Source of the DNA: Eledone cirrhosa
Lineage: Eukaryota
Assembly: GCA_964016885.1 (NCBI GenBank)
Contig: OZ024740.1
Location: 418,004,001 to 418,068,000 of the forward strand
Reading direction: 5' to 3'
DNA length: 64,000 nt
Shown here: positions 1 through 13,000 of the stretch, in pieces
Layout: every line of letters starts with the position of its first letter
Position numbering within the stretch: position 1 is the first letter of the stretch
Translations under genes and position numbers: made by a program
The notes under the pieces: model-generated
What the model was told of the DNA's origin: nothing
Seen by the model: only the letters and a program-made list of their open reading frames with translations
The model's database searches: none

Positions 1-316
1 ATTCTGGAAATATGAAGTATGGTTTAAAAAAAAAAGGATTTTATTATAATTTACAGAGCCTAGATTTGAGACAAAGTAGAGATAAAGAGGGAGACAGGGA
101 GACATGATAGGGAAAGGATAAGTGTAGAAGGAGATGGTGGGAGAGGTGGATGGAAGAATGGTGAAGGGGGAGTGGGAACTTGACTGTTAATTTAATGGAT
201 CGGGAATTGCTGTAGTTGCAACAGAAGAAAAGCAGATGGTGTTTCTTGTGCTCAACAGTTTGGGATATGTTTGTGTTTGACAATTGTACTGTGACTTCGA
301 TGAGTCAACTACATTA

Positions 317-350
317 CACACACACACATATATATATATATATGTATATA

Positions 351-431
<81 letters not shown>

Positions 432-457
432 GTATGTATATATGTGTGTATATATAT
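317..457. repeat. (CA)n/(TA)n microsatellite
   Basis: Direct dinucleotide runs with occasional TG interruptions. Confidence 0.95.
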
Positions 458-779
458 TGTCTATTCTCCCAAAGGGAACCAAGGTTATGGAATAATGTCT
501 TCATTTTTATTGTCAGGGAGAGAGATGGGGGAGAGGGGGATGGGGGTAGGGACAGGGGTGTGGGGTGTGGAGGGGGGGGGGGAGAGGGGGGAGAGGGTTT
601 TATGGTAGATTGGTCTAGAATCTGATCAATCCACCATAAAACTCTCTCTATACATAATGTAGTTCACTCATCGAACTCATCGATATCACAATACAATTGT
701 CAAACACATATCGATACGATTAATGTTTCCCTTTATAATTTGTAAATCGATGGCTGGAGGAAAAACATGTGCAAAGAGA

Positions 780-999
780 CAGGGTCAGATTTATTAAGGG
801 GGTGGGGTTAATTGCCCGGGCCTCACCAATGACGGCCGTAGAAATTTATTGGTGTCCTCAGCTGGACTTTTTAGTTTTAGTATGGTTACAATTTTTTTTA
901 TTTAATACCTGTATGTATAACTTCTCAATTCCAATTACTTGCGCCAAGCTACCTTTGATATGTAATATTGGGGGGTTTAAAGGTCTACATCCAACCTTG
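780..999. mobile_element. hAT-type MITE (non-autonomous, decayed)
   Basis: Imperfect TIRs CAGGGTCAGATTTA / reverse complement CAAGGTTGGATGTA; flanked by near-identical 8-bp direct repeats CAAAGAGA (772-779) and CAGAGAGA (1000-1007). An 8-bp TSD is typical of hAT elements. Confidence 0.55.
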
Positions 1000-1082
1000 C
1001 AGAGAGATGGAGGATTTCTGTTTTCCTTTCAGAGGAGAGGCAAAGTAGTTTTTTGCAGAGACAATTTCTGTTGTGTGGATAT

Positions 1083-4000
1083 GTGTGGTGGTGTACAGGT
1101 GTGGTGGTGTACAGGTGTGGTGGTGTACAGATGTGGTGGTGTACAGGTGTGGTGGTGTACAGGTGTGGTGGTGTACAGGTGTGGTGGTGTACAGGTGTGG
1201 TGGTGTACAGGTGTGGTGGTGTACAGATGTGGTGGTGTACAGGTGTGGTGGTGTACAGGTGTGGTGGTGTACAGGTGTGGTGGTGTACAGGTGTGGTGGT
1301 GTACAGGTGTGGTGGTATACAGGTGTGGTGGTGTACAGGTGTGGTGGTATACAGGTGTGGTGGTGTACAGGTGTGGTGGTGTACAGGTGTGGTGGTGTAC
1401 AGGGGTGGTGGTGTACAGGTGTGGGGGTGTACAGGTGTGGTGGTGTACAGGTGTGGTGGTGTACAGGTGTGGTGGTGTACAGGTGTGGTGGTGTACAGGT
1501 GTGGTGGTGTATAGGTGTGGTGGTGTACAGGTGTGGTGGTGTACAGGTGTGGTGGTGTACTGGTGTGGTGGTGTACTGGTGTGGTGGTGTACAGGTGTGG
1601 TGGTGTACAGGTGTGGTGGTGTACAGGTGTGGTGGTGTATAGGTGTGGTGGTGTACAGGTGTGGGGGTGTACAGGTGTGGTGGTGTACAGGTGTGGTGGT
1701 GTACAGGTGTGGTGGTATACAGGTGTGGTGGTGTACAGGTGTGGGGGTGTACAGGTGTGGTGGTGTACAGGTGTGGTGGTGTATAGGTGTGGTGGTGTAC
1801 AGGTGTGGGGGTGTACTGGTGTGGTGGTGTACAGGTGTGGTGGTGTACAGGTGTGGTGGTGTACAGGTGTGGTGGTATACAGGTGTGGTGGTGTATAGGT
1901 GTGGTGGGGTACAGGTGTGGTGGTGTACAGGTGTGGTGGTGTATAGGTGTGGTGGTGTACAGGTGTGGTGGTGTACAGGTGTGGTGGTGTACAGGTGTGG
2001 TGGTGTACTGGTGTAGTGGTGTATAGGTGTGGTGGTGTACAGGTGTGGTGGTGTACAGGTGTGGTGGTGTACAGGTGTGGTGGTGTATAGGTGTGGTGGT
2101 GTACAGGTGTGGTGGTGTACTGGTGTAGTGGTGTATAGGTGTGGTGGTGTACAGGTGTGGTGGTGTACAGGTGTGGTGGTGTACAGGTGTGGTGGTGTAC
2201 AGGTGTGGTGGTGTACAGGTGTGGTGGTGTATAGGTGTGGTGGTGTACAGGTGTGGTGGTGTATAGGTGTGGTGGTGTATAGGTGTGGTGGTGTACAGGT
2301 GTGGTGGTGTACATGTGTGGTGGTGTATAGGTGTGGTGGTCTACAGGTGTGGTTGTGTACAGGTGTGGTGGTGTACTGGTGTGGTGGTGTATAGGTGTGG
2401 TGGTGTACAGGTGTGGTGGTGTACAGGTGTGGTGGTGTATAGGTGTGGTGGTGTACAGGTGTGGTGGTGTATAGGTGTGGTGGTGTACTGGTGTGGTGGT
2501 GTACAGGTGTGGTGGTGTATAGGTGTGGTGGTGTACAGGTGTGGTGGTGTATAGGTGTGGTGGTGTACAGGTGTGGGGGTGTACAGGTGTGGTGGTGTAC
2601 AGGTGTGGTGGTATACAGGTGTGGTGGTGTATAGGTGTGGTGGTGTACAGGTGTGGTGGTGTACAGGTGTGGTGGTGTACAGGTGTGGTGGTGTACAGGT
2701 GTGGTGGTGTATAGGTGTGGTGGTGTACAGGTTTGGTGGTGTACAGGTGTGGTGGTGTACAGGTGTGGTGGTGTATAGGTGTGGTGGTGTACAGGTGTGG
2801 TGGTGTACAGGTGTGGTGGTGTACTGGTGTGATGGTGTACAGGTGTGGTGGTGTGTACAGGTGTGGTGGTGTACAGGTGTGGTGGTATACAGGTGTGGTG
2901 GTGTATAGGTGTGGTGGTGTACAGGTGTGGGGGTGTACAGGTGTGGTGGTGTACAGGTGTGGTGGTGTATAGGTGTGGTGGTGTATAGGTGTGGTGGTGT
3001 ACAGGTGTGGTGGTGTATAGGTGTGGTGGTGTACAGGTGTGGGGGTGTACAGGTGTGGTGGTGTACAGGTGTGGTGGTATACAGGTGTGGTGGTGTATAG
3101 GTGTGGTGGTGTACAGGTGTGGTGGTGTACAGGTGTGGTGGTGTACAGGTGTGGTGGTGTACAGGTGTGGTGGTGTATAGGTGTGGTGGTGTACAGGTGT
3201 GGTGGTGTACAGGTGTGGTGGTGTACAGGTGTGGTGGTGTATAGGTGTGGTGGTGTACGGGTGTGGTGGTGTACAGGTGTGGTGGTGTACTGGTGTGGTG
3301 GTGTACAGGTGTGGTGGTGTACAGGTGTGGTGGTGTACAGGTGTGGTGGTGTACAGGTGTGGTGGTGAACAGGTGTGGTGGTGTACAGGTGTGGTGGTGT
3401 ACAGGTGTGGTGGTGTACAGGTGTGTTGGTGTACAGGTGTGGTGGTGTACTGGTGTGGTGGTGTACAGGTGTGGTGGTGTACAGGTGTGGTGGTGTACAG
3501 GTGTGGTGGTGTACAGGTGTGGTGGTGTACAGGTGTGGTGGTGTACAGGTGTGGTGGTGTATAGGTGTGGGGGTGTACAGGTGTGGTGGTGTACAGGTGT
3601 GGTGGTGTACAGGTGTGGTGGTGTACAGGTGTGGTGGTGTATAGGTGTGGTGGTGTACAGGTGTGGTGGTGTATAGGTGTGGTGGTGTACAGGTGTGGTG
3701 GTGTATAGGTGTAGTGGTGTACAGGTGTGGTGGTGTACAGGTGTGGTGGTGTACAGGTGTGGTGGTGTACTGGTGTAGTGGTGTATAGGTGTGGTGGTGT
3801 ACAGGTGTGGTGGTGTACAGGTGTGGTGGTGTACAGGTGTGGTGGTGTATAGGTGTGGTGGTGTACAGGTGTGGTGGTGTACTGGTGTAGTGGTGTATAG
3901 GTGTGGTGGTGTACAGGTGTGGTGGTGTACAGGTGTGGTGGTGTACAGGTGTGGTGGTGTACAGGTGTGGTGGTGTACAGGTGTGGTGGTGTATAGGTGT

Positions 4001-7000
4001 GGTGGTGTACAGGTGTGGTGGTGTATAGGTGTGGTGGTGTATAGGTGTGGTGGTGTACAGGTGTGGTGGTGTACATGTGTGGTGGTGTATAGGTGTGGTG
4101 GTCTACAGGTGTGGTTGTGTACAGGTGTGGTGGTGTACTGGTGTGGTGGTGTATAGGTGTGGTGGTGTACAGGTGTGGTGGTGTACAGGTGTGGTGGTGT
4201 ATAGGTGTGGTGGTGTACAGGTGTGGTGGTGTATAGGTGTGGTGGTGTACTGGTGTGGTGGTGTACAGGTGTGGTGGTGTATAGGTGTGGTGGTGTACAG
4301 GTGTGGTGGTGTATAGGTGTGGTGGTGTACAGGTGTGGGGGTGTACAGGTGTGGTGGTGTACAGGTGTGGTGGTATACAGGTGTGGTGGTGTATAGGTGT
4401 GGTGGTGTACAGGTGTGGTGGTGTACAGGTGTGGTGGTGTACAGGTGTGGTGGTGTACAGGTGTGGTGGTGTATAGGTGTGGTGGTGTACAGGTTTGGTG
4501 GTGTACAGGTGTGGTGGTGTACAGGTGTGGTGGTGTATAGGTGTGGTGGTGTACAGGTGTGGTGGTGTACAGGTGTGGTGGTGTACTGGTGTGATGGTGT
4601 ACAGGTGTGGTGGTGTGTACAGGTGTGGTGGTGTACAGGTGTGGTGGTATACAGGTGTGGTGGTGTATAGGTGTGGTGGTGTACAGGTGTGGGGGTGTAC
4701 AGGTGTGGTGGTGTACAGGTGTGGTGGTGTACAGGTGTGGTGGTGTATAGGTGTGGTGGTGTACAGGTGTGGTGGTGTATAGGTGTGGTGGTGTACAGGT
4801 GTGGGGGTGTACAGGTGTGGTGGTGTACAGGTGTGGTGGTATACAGGTGTGGTGGTGTATAGGTGTGGTGGTGTACAGGTGTGGTGGTGTACAGGTGTGG
4901 TGGTGTACAGGTGTGGTGGTGTACAGGTGTGGTGGTGTATAGGTGTGGTGGTGTACAGGTGTGGTGGTGTACAGGTGTGGTGGTGTACAGGTGTGGTGGT
5001 GTATAGGTGTGGTGGTGTACGGGTGTGGTGGTGTACAGGTGTGGTGGTGTACTGGTGTGGTGGTGTACAGGTGTGGTGGTGTACAGGTGTGGTGGTGTAC
5101 AGGTGTGGTGGTGTACAGGTGTGGTGGTGAACAGGTGTGGTGGTGTACAGGTGTGGTGGTGTACAGTTGTGGTGGTGTACAGGTGTGTTGGTGTACAGGT
5201 GTGGTGGTGTACTGGTGTGGTGGTGTACAGGTGTGGTGGTGTACAGGTGTGGTGGTGTACAGGTGTGGTGGTGTACAGGTGTGGTGGTGTACAGGTGTGG
5301 TGGTGTACAGGTGTGGTGGTGTATAGGTGTGGGGGTGTACAGGTGTGGTGGTGTACAGGTGTGGTGGTGTACAGGTGTGGTGGTGTACAGGTGTGGTGGT
5401 GTATAGGTGTGGTGGTGTACAGGTGTGGTGGTGTATAGGTGTGGTGGTGTACAGGTGTGGTGGTGTATAGGTGTAGTGGTGTACAGGTGTGGTGGTGTAC
5501 AGGTGTGGTGGTGTATAGGTGTGGTGGTGTATAGGTGTGGGGGTGTACAGGTGTGGTGGTGTACAGGTGTGGTGGTGTATAGGTGTGGTGGTATATAGGT
5601 GTGGGGGTGTACAGGTGTGGTGGTGTATAGGTGTGGTGGTGTACAGGTGTGGGGGTGTACAGGTGTGGTGGTGTACAGGTGTGGTGGTGTATAGGTGTGG
5701 TGGTGTACAGGTGTGGTGGTGTATAGGTGTGGTGGTGTACAGGTGTGGTGGTGTACAGGTGTGGTGGTGTACAGGTGTGGTGGTGTACAGGTGTGGTGGT
5801 GTATAGGTGTGGTGGTATATAGGTGTGGGGGTGTACAGGTGTGGTGGTGTACAGGTGTGGGGGTGTACAGGTGTGGTGGTGTACAGGTGTGGTGGTGTAC
5901 AGGTGTGGTGGTGTATAGGTGTGGTGGTGTACAGGTGTGGTGGTGTACAGGTGTGGTGGTGTATGGGTGTGGTGGTGTATAGGTGTGGGGGTGTACAGGT
6001 GTGGTGGTGTACAGGTGTGGTGGTGTATAGGTGTGGTGGTATATAGGTGTGGGGGTGTACAGGTGTGGTGGTGTATAGGTGTGGTGGTGTACAGGTGTGG
6101 GGGTGTACAGGTGTGGTGGTGTACAGGTGTGGTGGTGTATAGGTGTGGTGGTGTACAGGTGTGGTGGTGTATAGGTGTGGTGGTGTACAGGTGTGGTGGT
6201 GTATAGGTGTGGTGGTGTACAGGTGTGGTAGTGTATAGGTGTGGTGGTGTACAGGTGTGGTGGTGTACAGGTGTGGTGGTGTACAGGTGTGGTGGTGTAC
6301 AGGTGTGGTGGTGAACAGGTGTGGTGGTGTACAGGTGTGGTGGTGTATAGGTGTGGTGGTATATAGGTGTGGGGGTGTACAGGTGTGGTGGTGTACAGGT
6401 GTGGGGGTGTACAGGTGTGGTGGTGTACAGGTAGGGTGGTGTATAGGTGTGGTGGTGTACAGGTGTGGTGGTATATATGTGTGGTGGTGTACAGGTGTGG
6501 TGGTGTACAGGTGTGGTGGTGTACAGGTGTGGTGGTGTACAGGTGTGGTGGTGTACAGGTGTGGTGGTGTACAGGTGTGGTGGTGTATAGCTGTGGTGGT
6601 GTACAGGTGTGGTGGTGTATAGGTGTGGTGGTGTACAGGTGTGGTAGTGTACATGTGTGGTGGTGTACAGGTGTGGTGGTGTACAGGTGTGGTGGTGTAT
6701 AGGTGTGGTGGTGTACAGGTGTGGTGGTGTACAGGTGTGGTGGTGTATAGGTGTGGTGGTGTACAGGTGTGGTGGTGTACAGGTGTGGTGGTGTACAGGT
6801 GTGGTGGTGTACAGGTGTGGTGGTGTATAGGTGTGGTGGTGTACAGGTGTGGTGGTGTACAGGTGTGGTGGTGTATAGGTGTGGTGGTGTACAGGTGTGG
6901 TGGTGTACAGGTGTGGTGGTGTACAGGTGTGGTGGTGTACAGGTGTGGTGGTGTACAGGTGTGGTGGTGTACAGGTGTGGTGGTGTACAGGTGTGGAGGT

Positions 7001-10000
7001 GTACAGGTGTGGTGGTGTACAGGTGTGGTGGTGTATAGGTGTGGTGGTATATAGGTGTGGGGGTGTACAGGTGTGGTGGTGTACAGGTGTGGTGTGTACA
7101 GGTGTGGAGGTGTACAGGTGTGGTGGTGTACAGGTGTGGTGGTGTATAGGTGTGGTGGTGTACAGGTGTGGGGGTGTACAGGTGTTGTGGTATACAGGTG
7201 TGGTGGTATATAGGTGTGGGGGTGTACAGGTATGGTGTAGTGGTGTATAGGTGTGGGGGTGTATAGGTGTGGTGGTGTATAGGTGTGGTGGTATATAGGT
7301 GTGGGGGTGTACAGGTGTGGTGGTATACAGGTGTGGTGGTATATAGGTGTGGGGGTGTACAGGTGTGGTGGTATATAGGTGTGGGGGTGTACAGGTGTGG
7401 TGGTGTATAGGTGTGGTGGTATATAGGTGTGGGGGTGTACAGGTGTGGTGGTGTACAGGTCTGGTGGTGTACAGGTGTGGGGGTGTACAGGTGTGGTGGT
7501 GTATAGGTGTGGTGGTGTACAGGTGTGGTGGTGTACAGGTGTGGTGGTGTATAGGTGTGGGGGTGTACAGGTGTGGTGGTGTACAGGTGTGGTGGTATAC
7601 AGGTGTGGTGGTATACAGGTGTGGTGGTGTACAGGTCTGGTGGTGTACAGGTGTGGGGGTGTACAGGTGTGGTGGTGTATAGGTGTGGTGGTGTACAGGT
7701 GTGGTGGTGTACAGGTGTGGTGGTGTACAGGTGTGGTGGTGTATAGGTGTGGTGGTATACAGGTGTGGGGGTGTACAGGTGTGGTGGTGTACAGGTGTGG
7801 TGGTGTACAGGTGTGGTGGTGTACAGGTGTGGTGGTATACAGGTGTGGTGGTATACAGGTGTGGTGGTGTACAGGTGTGGTGGTGTACAGGTGTGTTGGT
7901 GTATAGGTGTGGTGGTATACAGGTGTGGTGGTGTACAGGTGTGGTAGTGTACAGGTGTGGTGGTGTATAGATGTGGTGGTGTACAGGTGTGGTGGTGTAC
8001 AGGTGTGGTGGTGTATAGGTGTGGTGGTATATAGGTGTGGGGGTGTACAGGTGTGGTGGTGTACAGGTGTGGTGGTGTACAGGTGTGGAGGTGTACAGGT
8101 GTGGTGGTGTACAGGTGTGGTGGTGTATAGGTGTGGTGGTATATAGGTGTGGGGGTGTACAGGTGTGGTGGTGTACAGGTGTGGTGTGTACAGGTGTGGA
8201 GGTGTACAGGTGTGGTGGTGTACAGGTGTGGTGGTGTATAGGTGTGGTGGTGTACAGGTGTGGGGGTGTACAGGTGTTGTGGTATACAGGTGTGGTGGTA
8301 TATAGGTGTGGGGGTGTACAGGTATGGTGTAGTGGTGTATAGGTGTGGGGGTGTATAGGTGTGGTGGTGTATAGGTGTGGTGGTATATAGGTGTGGGGGT
8401 GTACAGGTGTGGTGGTATACAGGTGTGGTGGTATATAGGTGTGGGGGTGTACAGGTGTGGTGGTATATAGGTGTGGGGGTGTACAGGTGTGGTGGTGTAT
8501 AGGTGTGGTGGTATATAGGTGTGGGGGTGTACAGGTGTGGTGGTGTACAGGTCTGGTGGTGTACAGGTGTGGGGGTGTACAGGTGTGGTGGTGTATAGGT
8601 GTGGTGGTGTACAGGTGTGGTGGTGTACAGGTGTGGTGGTGTATAGGTGTGGGGGTGTATAGGTGTGGGGGTGTACAGGTCTGGGTGTGTACAGGTGTGG
8701 TGGTGTACAGGTGTGGTGGTCTACAGGTGTGGGGGTGTACAGGTGTGGTGGTATACAGGTGTGGTGGTATACAGGTGTGGTGGTGTACAGGTGTGGTGGT
8801 GTACAGGTGTGGTGGTGTATAGGTGTGGTGGTATATAGGTGTGGGGGTGTACAGGTGTGGTGGGTTACAGGTATGGTGGTATATAGGTGTGGTGGTGTAC
8901 AGGTGTGGTGGTGTACAGGTGTGGTGGTGCATAGGTGTGGTGGTATATAGGTGTGGGGGTGTACAGGTGTGGTGGTATACAGGTGTGGTGGTATATAGGT
9001 GTGGGGGTGTACAGGTGTGGTGGGTTACAGGTATGGTGTGGTGGTGTACAGGTGTGGTGGTGTACAGGTGTGGTGGTGTACAGGTGTGGGGAATATAGGT
9101 GTAGTGGTGTATAGGTGTTGGGTTTTACAGGTGTGGTGGTGTACAGGTGTGGTGGTGTACAGGTGTGGTGGTGTACAGGTGTGGTGGTGTATAGGTGTGT
9201 TGGTATATAGGTGTGGGGGTGTATAGGTGTGGGGGTGTACAGGTGTGGGTGTGTACAGGTGTGGTGGTGTACAGGTGTGGTGGTCTACAGGTGTGGGGGT
9301 GTACAGGTGTGGTGGTATACAGGTGTGGTGGTATACAGGTGTGGTGGTGTACAGGTGTGGTGGTGTACAGGTGTGGTGGTGTAAAGGTGTGGTGGTGTAC
9401 ACGTGTGGTGGTATACAGGTGTGGTGGTGTACAGGTGTGGTGGTGTACAGGTGTGGTGGTGTACAGGTGTGGTGGTGTATAGGTGTGGTGGTATATAGGT
9501 GTGGGGGTGTACAGGTGTGGTGGTGTACAGGTGTGGTGGTATACAGGTGTGGTGGTGTACAGTTGTGGTGGTGTACAGGTGTGGTGGTGTACAGGTGTTG
9601 GGTGTACAGGTGTGGTGGTGTATAGGTGTGGTGGTATATAGGTGTGGGGGTGTACAGGTGTGGTGGGTTACAGGTGTGGTGGTGTACAGGTGTGGTGGTG
9701 TACAGGTGTGGTGGTGTACAGGTGTGGTGGTATACAGGTGTTGGGTGTACAGGTGTGGTGGTGTACAGGTGTAGTTGTGTATAGGTGTGGGGGTGTACAG
9801 GTGTGGGGGAGTATAGGTGTAGTGGTGTATAGGTGTTGGGTTTTACAGGTGTGGTGGTGTACAGGTGTGGTGGTGTACAGGTGTGGTGGTGTACAGGTGT
9901 GGTGGTGTACAGGTGTGGTGGTGTACAGGTGTGGTGGTGTACAGGTGTGGTTGTGTACAGGTGTGGTGGTGTATAGGTGTGGGGGTGTACAGGTGTGGTG

Positions 10001-13000
10001 GTGTACAGGTGTGGTGGTGTATAGGTGTGCTGGTGTACAGGTGTGGTGGTATATAGGTGTGGTGGTGTACAGGTGTGGTGGTGTACAGGTGTGGTGGTGT
10101 ACAGGTGTGGTGGTGTACAGGTGTGGTGGTGTACAGGTGTGGGGGTGTACAGGTGTGGTGGTGTACTGGTGTGGTGGTGTACAGGTGTGGTGGTGTACAG
10201 GTGTGGTGGTGTACAGGTGTGGTGGTATATAGGTGTGGTGGTGTACAGGTGTGGTCGTATACAGGTGTGGTGGTATACAGGTGTGGTGGTATACAGGTGT
10301 GGTGGTGTACAGGTGTGGTGGTGTACAGGTGTGGTGGTGTACAGGTGTGGTGGTGTACAGGTGTGGTGGTGTACAGGTGTGGTGGTGTATAGGTGTGGTG
10401 GTATATAGGTGTGGGGGAGTACAGGTGTGGTGGATTACAGGTATGGTGTAGTGGTGTACAGGTGTGGTGGTGTACAGGTGTGGTGGTATACAGGTGTGGT
10501 GGTATATAGGTGTGGTGGTGTACAGGTGCAATGGTGTACAGGTGTGGTGGTATATAGGTGTGGAGGTGTACAGGTGAGGTGGTGTACAGGTGTGGTGGTG
10601 TATAGGTCTGGTGCTGTACAGGTGTGGTGGTGTACAGGTGTGGTGGTGTACAGGTGTGGTGGTGTACAGGTGTGGTGGTATACAGATGTGGTGGTGTATA
10701 GGTGTGGTGGTGTACAGGTGTGGTGGTGTACAGGTGTGGTGGTGTACAGGTGTGGTGGTGTACAGGTGTGGTGGTGTACAGGTGTGGTGGTGTACAGGTG
10801 TGGTGGTGTACAGGTGTGGTGGTATACAGATGTGGTGGTGTATAGGTGTGGTGGTATACAGGTGTGGTGGTGTATAGGTGTGGTGGTGTACAGGTGTGGT
10901 GGTGTACAGGTGTGGCGGTGTACAGTTGTGGTGGTGTACAGGTGTGGTGGTGTACAGGTGTGGTGGTGTACAGGTGTGGTGGTGTACAGGTGTGGTGGTG
11001 TACAGGTGTGGTGGTATACAGATGTGTTGGTGTATAGGTGTGGTGGTATACAGGTGTGGTGGTGTATAGGTGTGGTGGTGTACAGGTGTGGTGGTGTACA
11101 GGTGTGGTGGTGTACAGGTGTGGTGGTATACAGATGTGGTGGTGTATAGGTGTGGTGGTATACAGATGTGGTGGTGTATAGGTGTGGTGGTATACAGGTG
11201 TGGTGGTGTATAGGTGTGGTGGTGTACAGGTGTGGTGGTGTACAGGTGTGGTGGTGTACAGGTGTGGTGGTGTACAGGTGTGGTGGTGTACTGGTGTGGT
11301 GGTGTACAGGTGTGGTGGTGTACAGGAGTGGTGGTATACAGATGTTGTGGTGTATAGGTGTGGTGGTATACAGGTGTGGTGGTGTATAGGTGTGGTGGTG
11401 TACAGGTGTGGTGGTGTACAGGTGTGGTGGTGTACAGGTGTGGTGGTATATAGGTGTGGTGGTGTACAGGTGTGGTGGTGTACAGGTGGGTGGTGTACAG
11501 GTGTGGTGGTGTATAAGTGTGGTGGTGTACAGGTGTGGTGGTATATAGGTGTGGTGGTATATAGGTGTGGTGGTGTACAGGTGTGGTGGTGTACAGGTGT
11601 GGTGGTGTATAAGTGTGGTGGTGTACAGGTGTGGTGGTATATAGGTGTGGTGGTATATAGTTGTGGTGGTGTACAGGCGTGGTGGTGTACAGGTGTGGTG
11701 GTGTACAGGTGTGGTGGTGTACAGGTGTGGTGCTATATAAGTGTGGTGGTGTATAGGTGTGGTGGTGTACAGGTGTGATGGTGTACAGGTGTGGTGGTGT
11801 ACAGGTGTGGTGGTGTACTGGTGTGGGGGTGTACAGGTGTGGTGGTATACAGGTGTGGTGGTTTACAGGTGTGGTGGTGTATAGGTGTGGTGGTGTATAG
11901 GTGTGGTGGTGTACAGGTGTGATGGTGTACATGTGTGGTGGTGTACAGGTGTGATGGTGTACATGTGTGGTGGTGTACAGGTGTGGTGGTGTACAGGTGT
12001 GGTGGTGTACAGGTGTTGTGGTTTACAGGTGTGGTGGTGTACAGGTGTGGTGGTTTACAGGTGTGGTGGTGTACAGGTGTAGTGGTGTACAGGTGTGGTG
12101 GTATATAGGTGTGGTGGTGTATAGGTGTGGTGGTGTACAGGTGTGGTGGTGTACAGGTGTGGGGGTGTACAGGTGTGGTGGTGTACAGTTGTGGTGGTAT
12201 ACAGGTGTGGTGGTATATAGGAGTGGCGGTATACAGGTGTGGTGGTTTACAGGTGTGGTGGTATATGGGTGTGGTGGTGTACCGGTGTGGTGTAGTACAG
12301 GTGTGGTGTAGTACAGGTGTGGTGGTGTACAGGTGTGGTGGTGTACAGGTGTGGTGGTATATAGGTGTGGTGGTGTACAGGTGTGGTGGTGTATAGGTGT
12401 GGTGGTATATAGGTGTGGTGGTGTATAGGTGTGGTGGTATATAGGTGTGGTGGTGTACAGGTGTGGTGGTGTACAGGTGTGGTTGTGTACAGGTGTGATG
12501 GTGTACAGGTGTGGTTGTGTACAGGTGTGGTGGTCTACAGGTGTGGTGGTCTACAGGTGTGGTTGTGTACAGGTGTGGTGGTCTACAGGTGTGGTGGTCT
12601 ACAGGTGTGGTGGTCTACAGGTGTGGTGGTGTACAGGTGTGGTTGTGTACAGGTGTGGTGGTGTATAGGTGTGGGGGTGTACAGGTGTGGTGGTGTACAG
12701 GTGTGGTGGTGTATAGGTGTGCTGGTGTACAGGTGTGGTGGTATATAGGTGTGGTGGTGTACAGGTGTGGTGGTGTACAGGTGTGGTGGTGTACAGGTGT
12801 GGTGGTGTACAGGTGTGGTGGTGTACAGGTGTGGGGGTGTACAGGTGTGGTGGTGTACTGGTGTGGTGGTGTACAGGTGTGGTGGTGTACAGGTGTGGTG
12901 GTGTACAGGTGTGGTGGTATATAGGTGTGGTGGTGTACAGGTGTGGTCGTATACAGGTGTGGTGGTATACAGGTGTGGTGGTATACAGGTGTGGTGGTGT

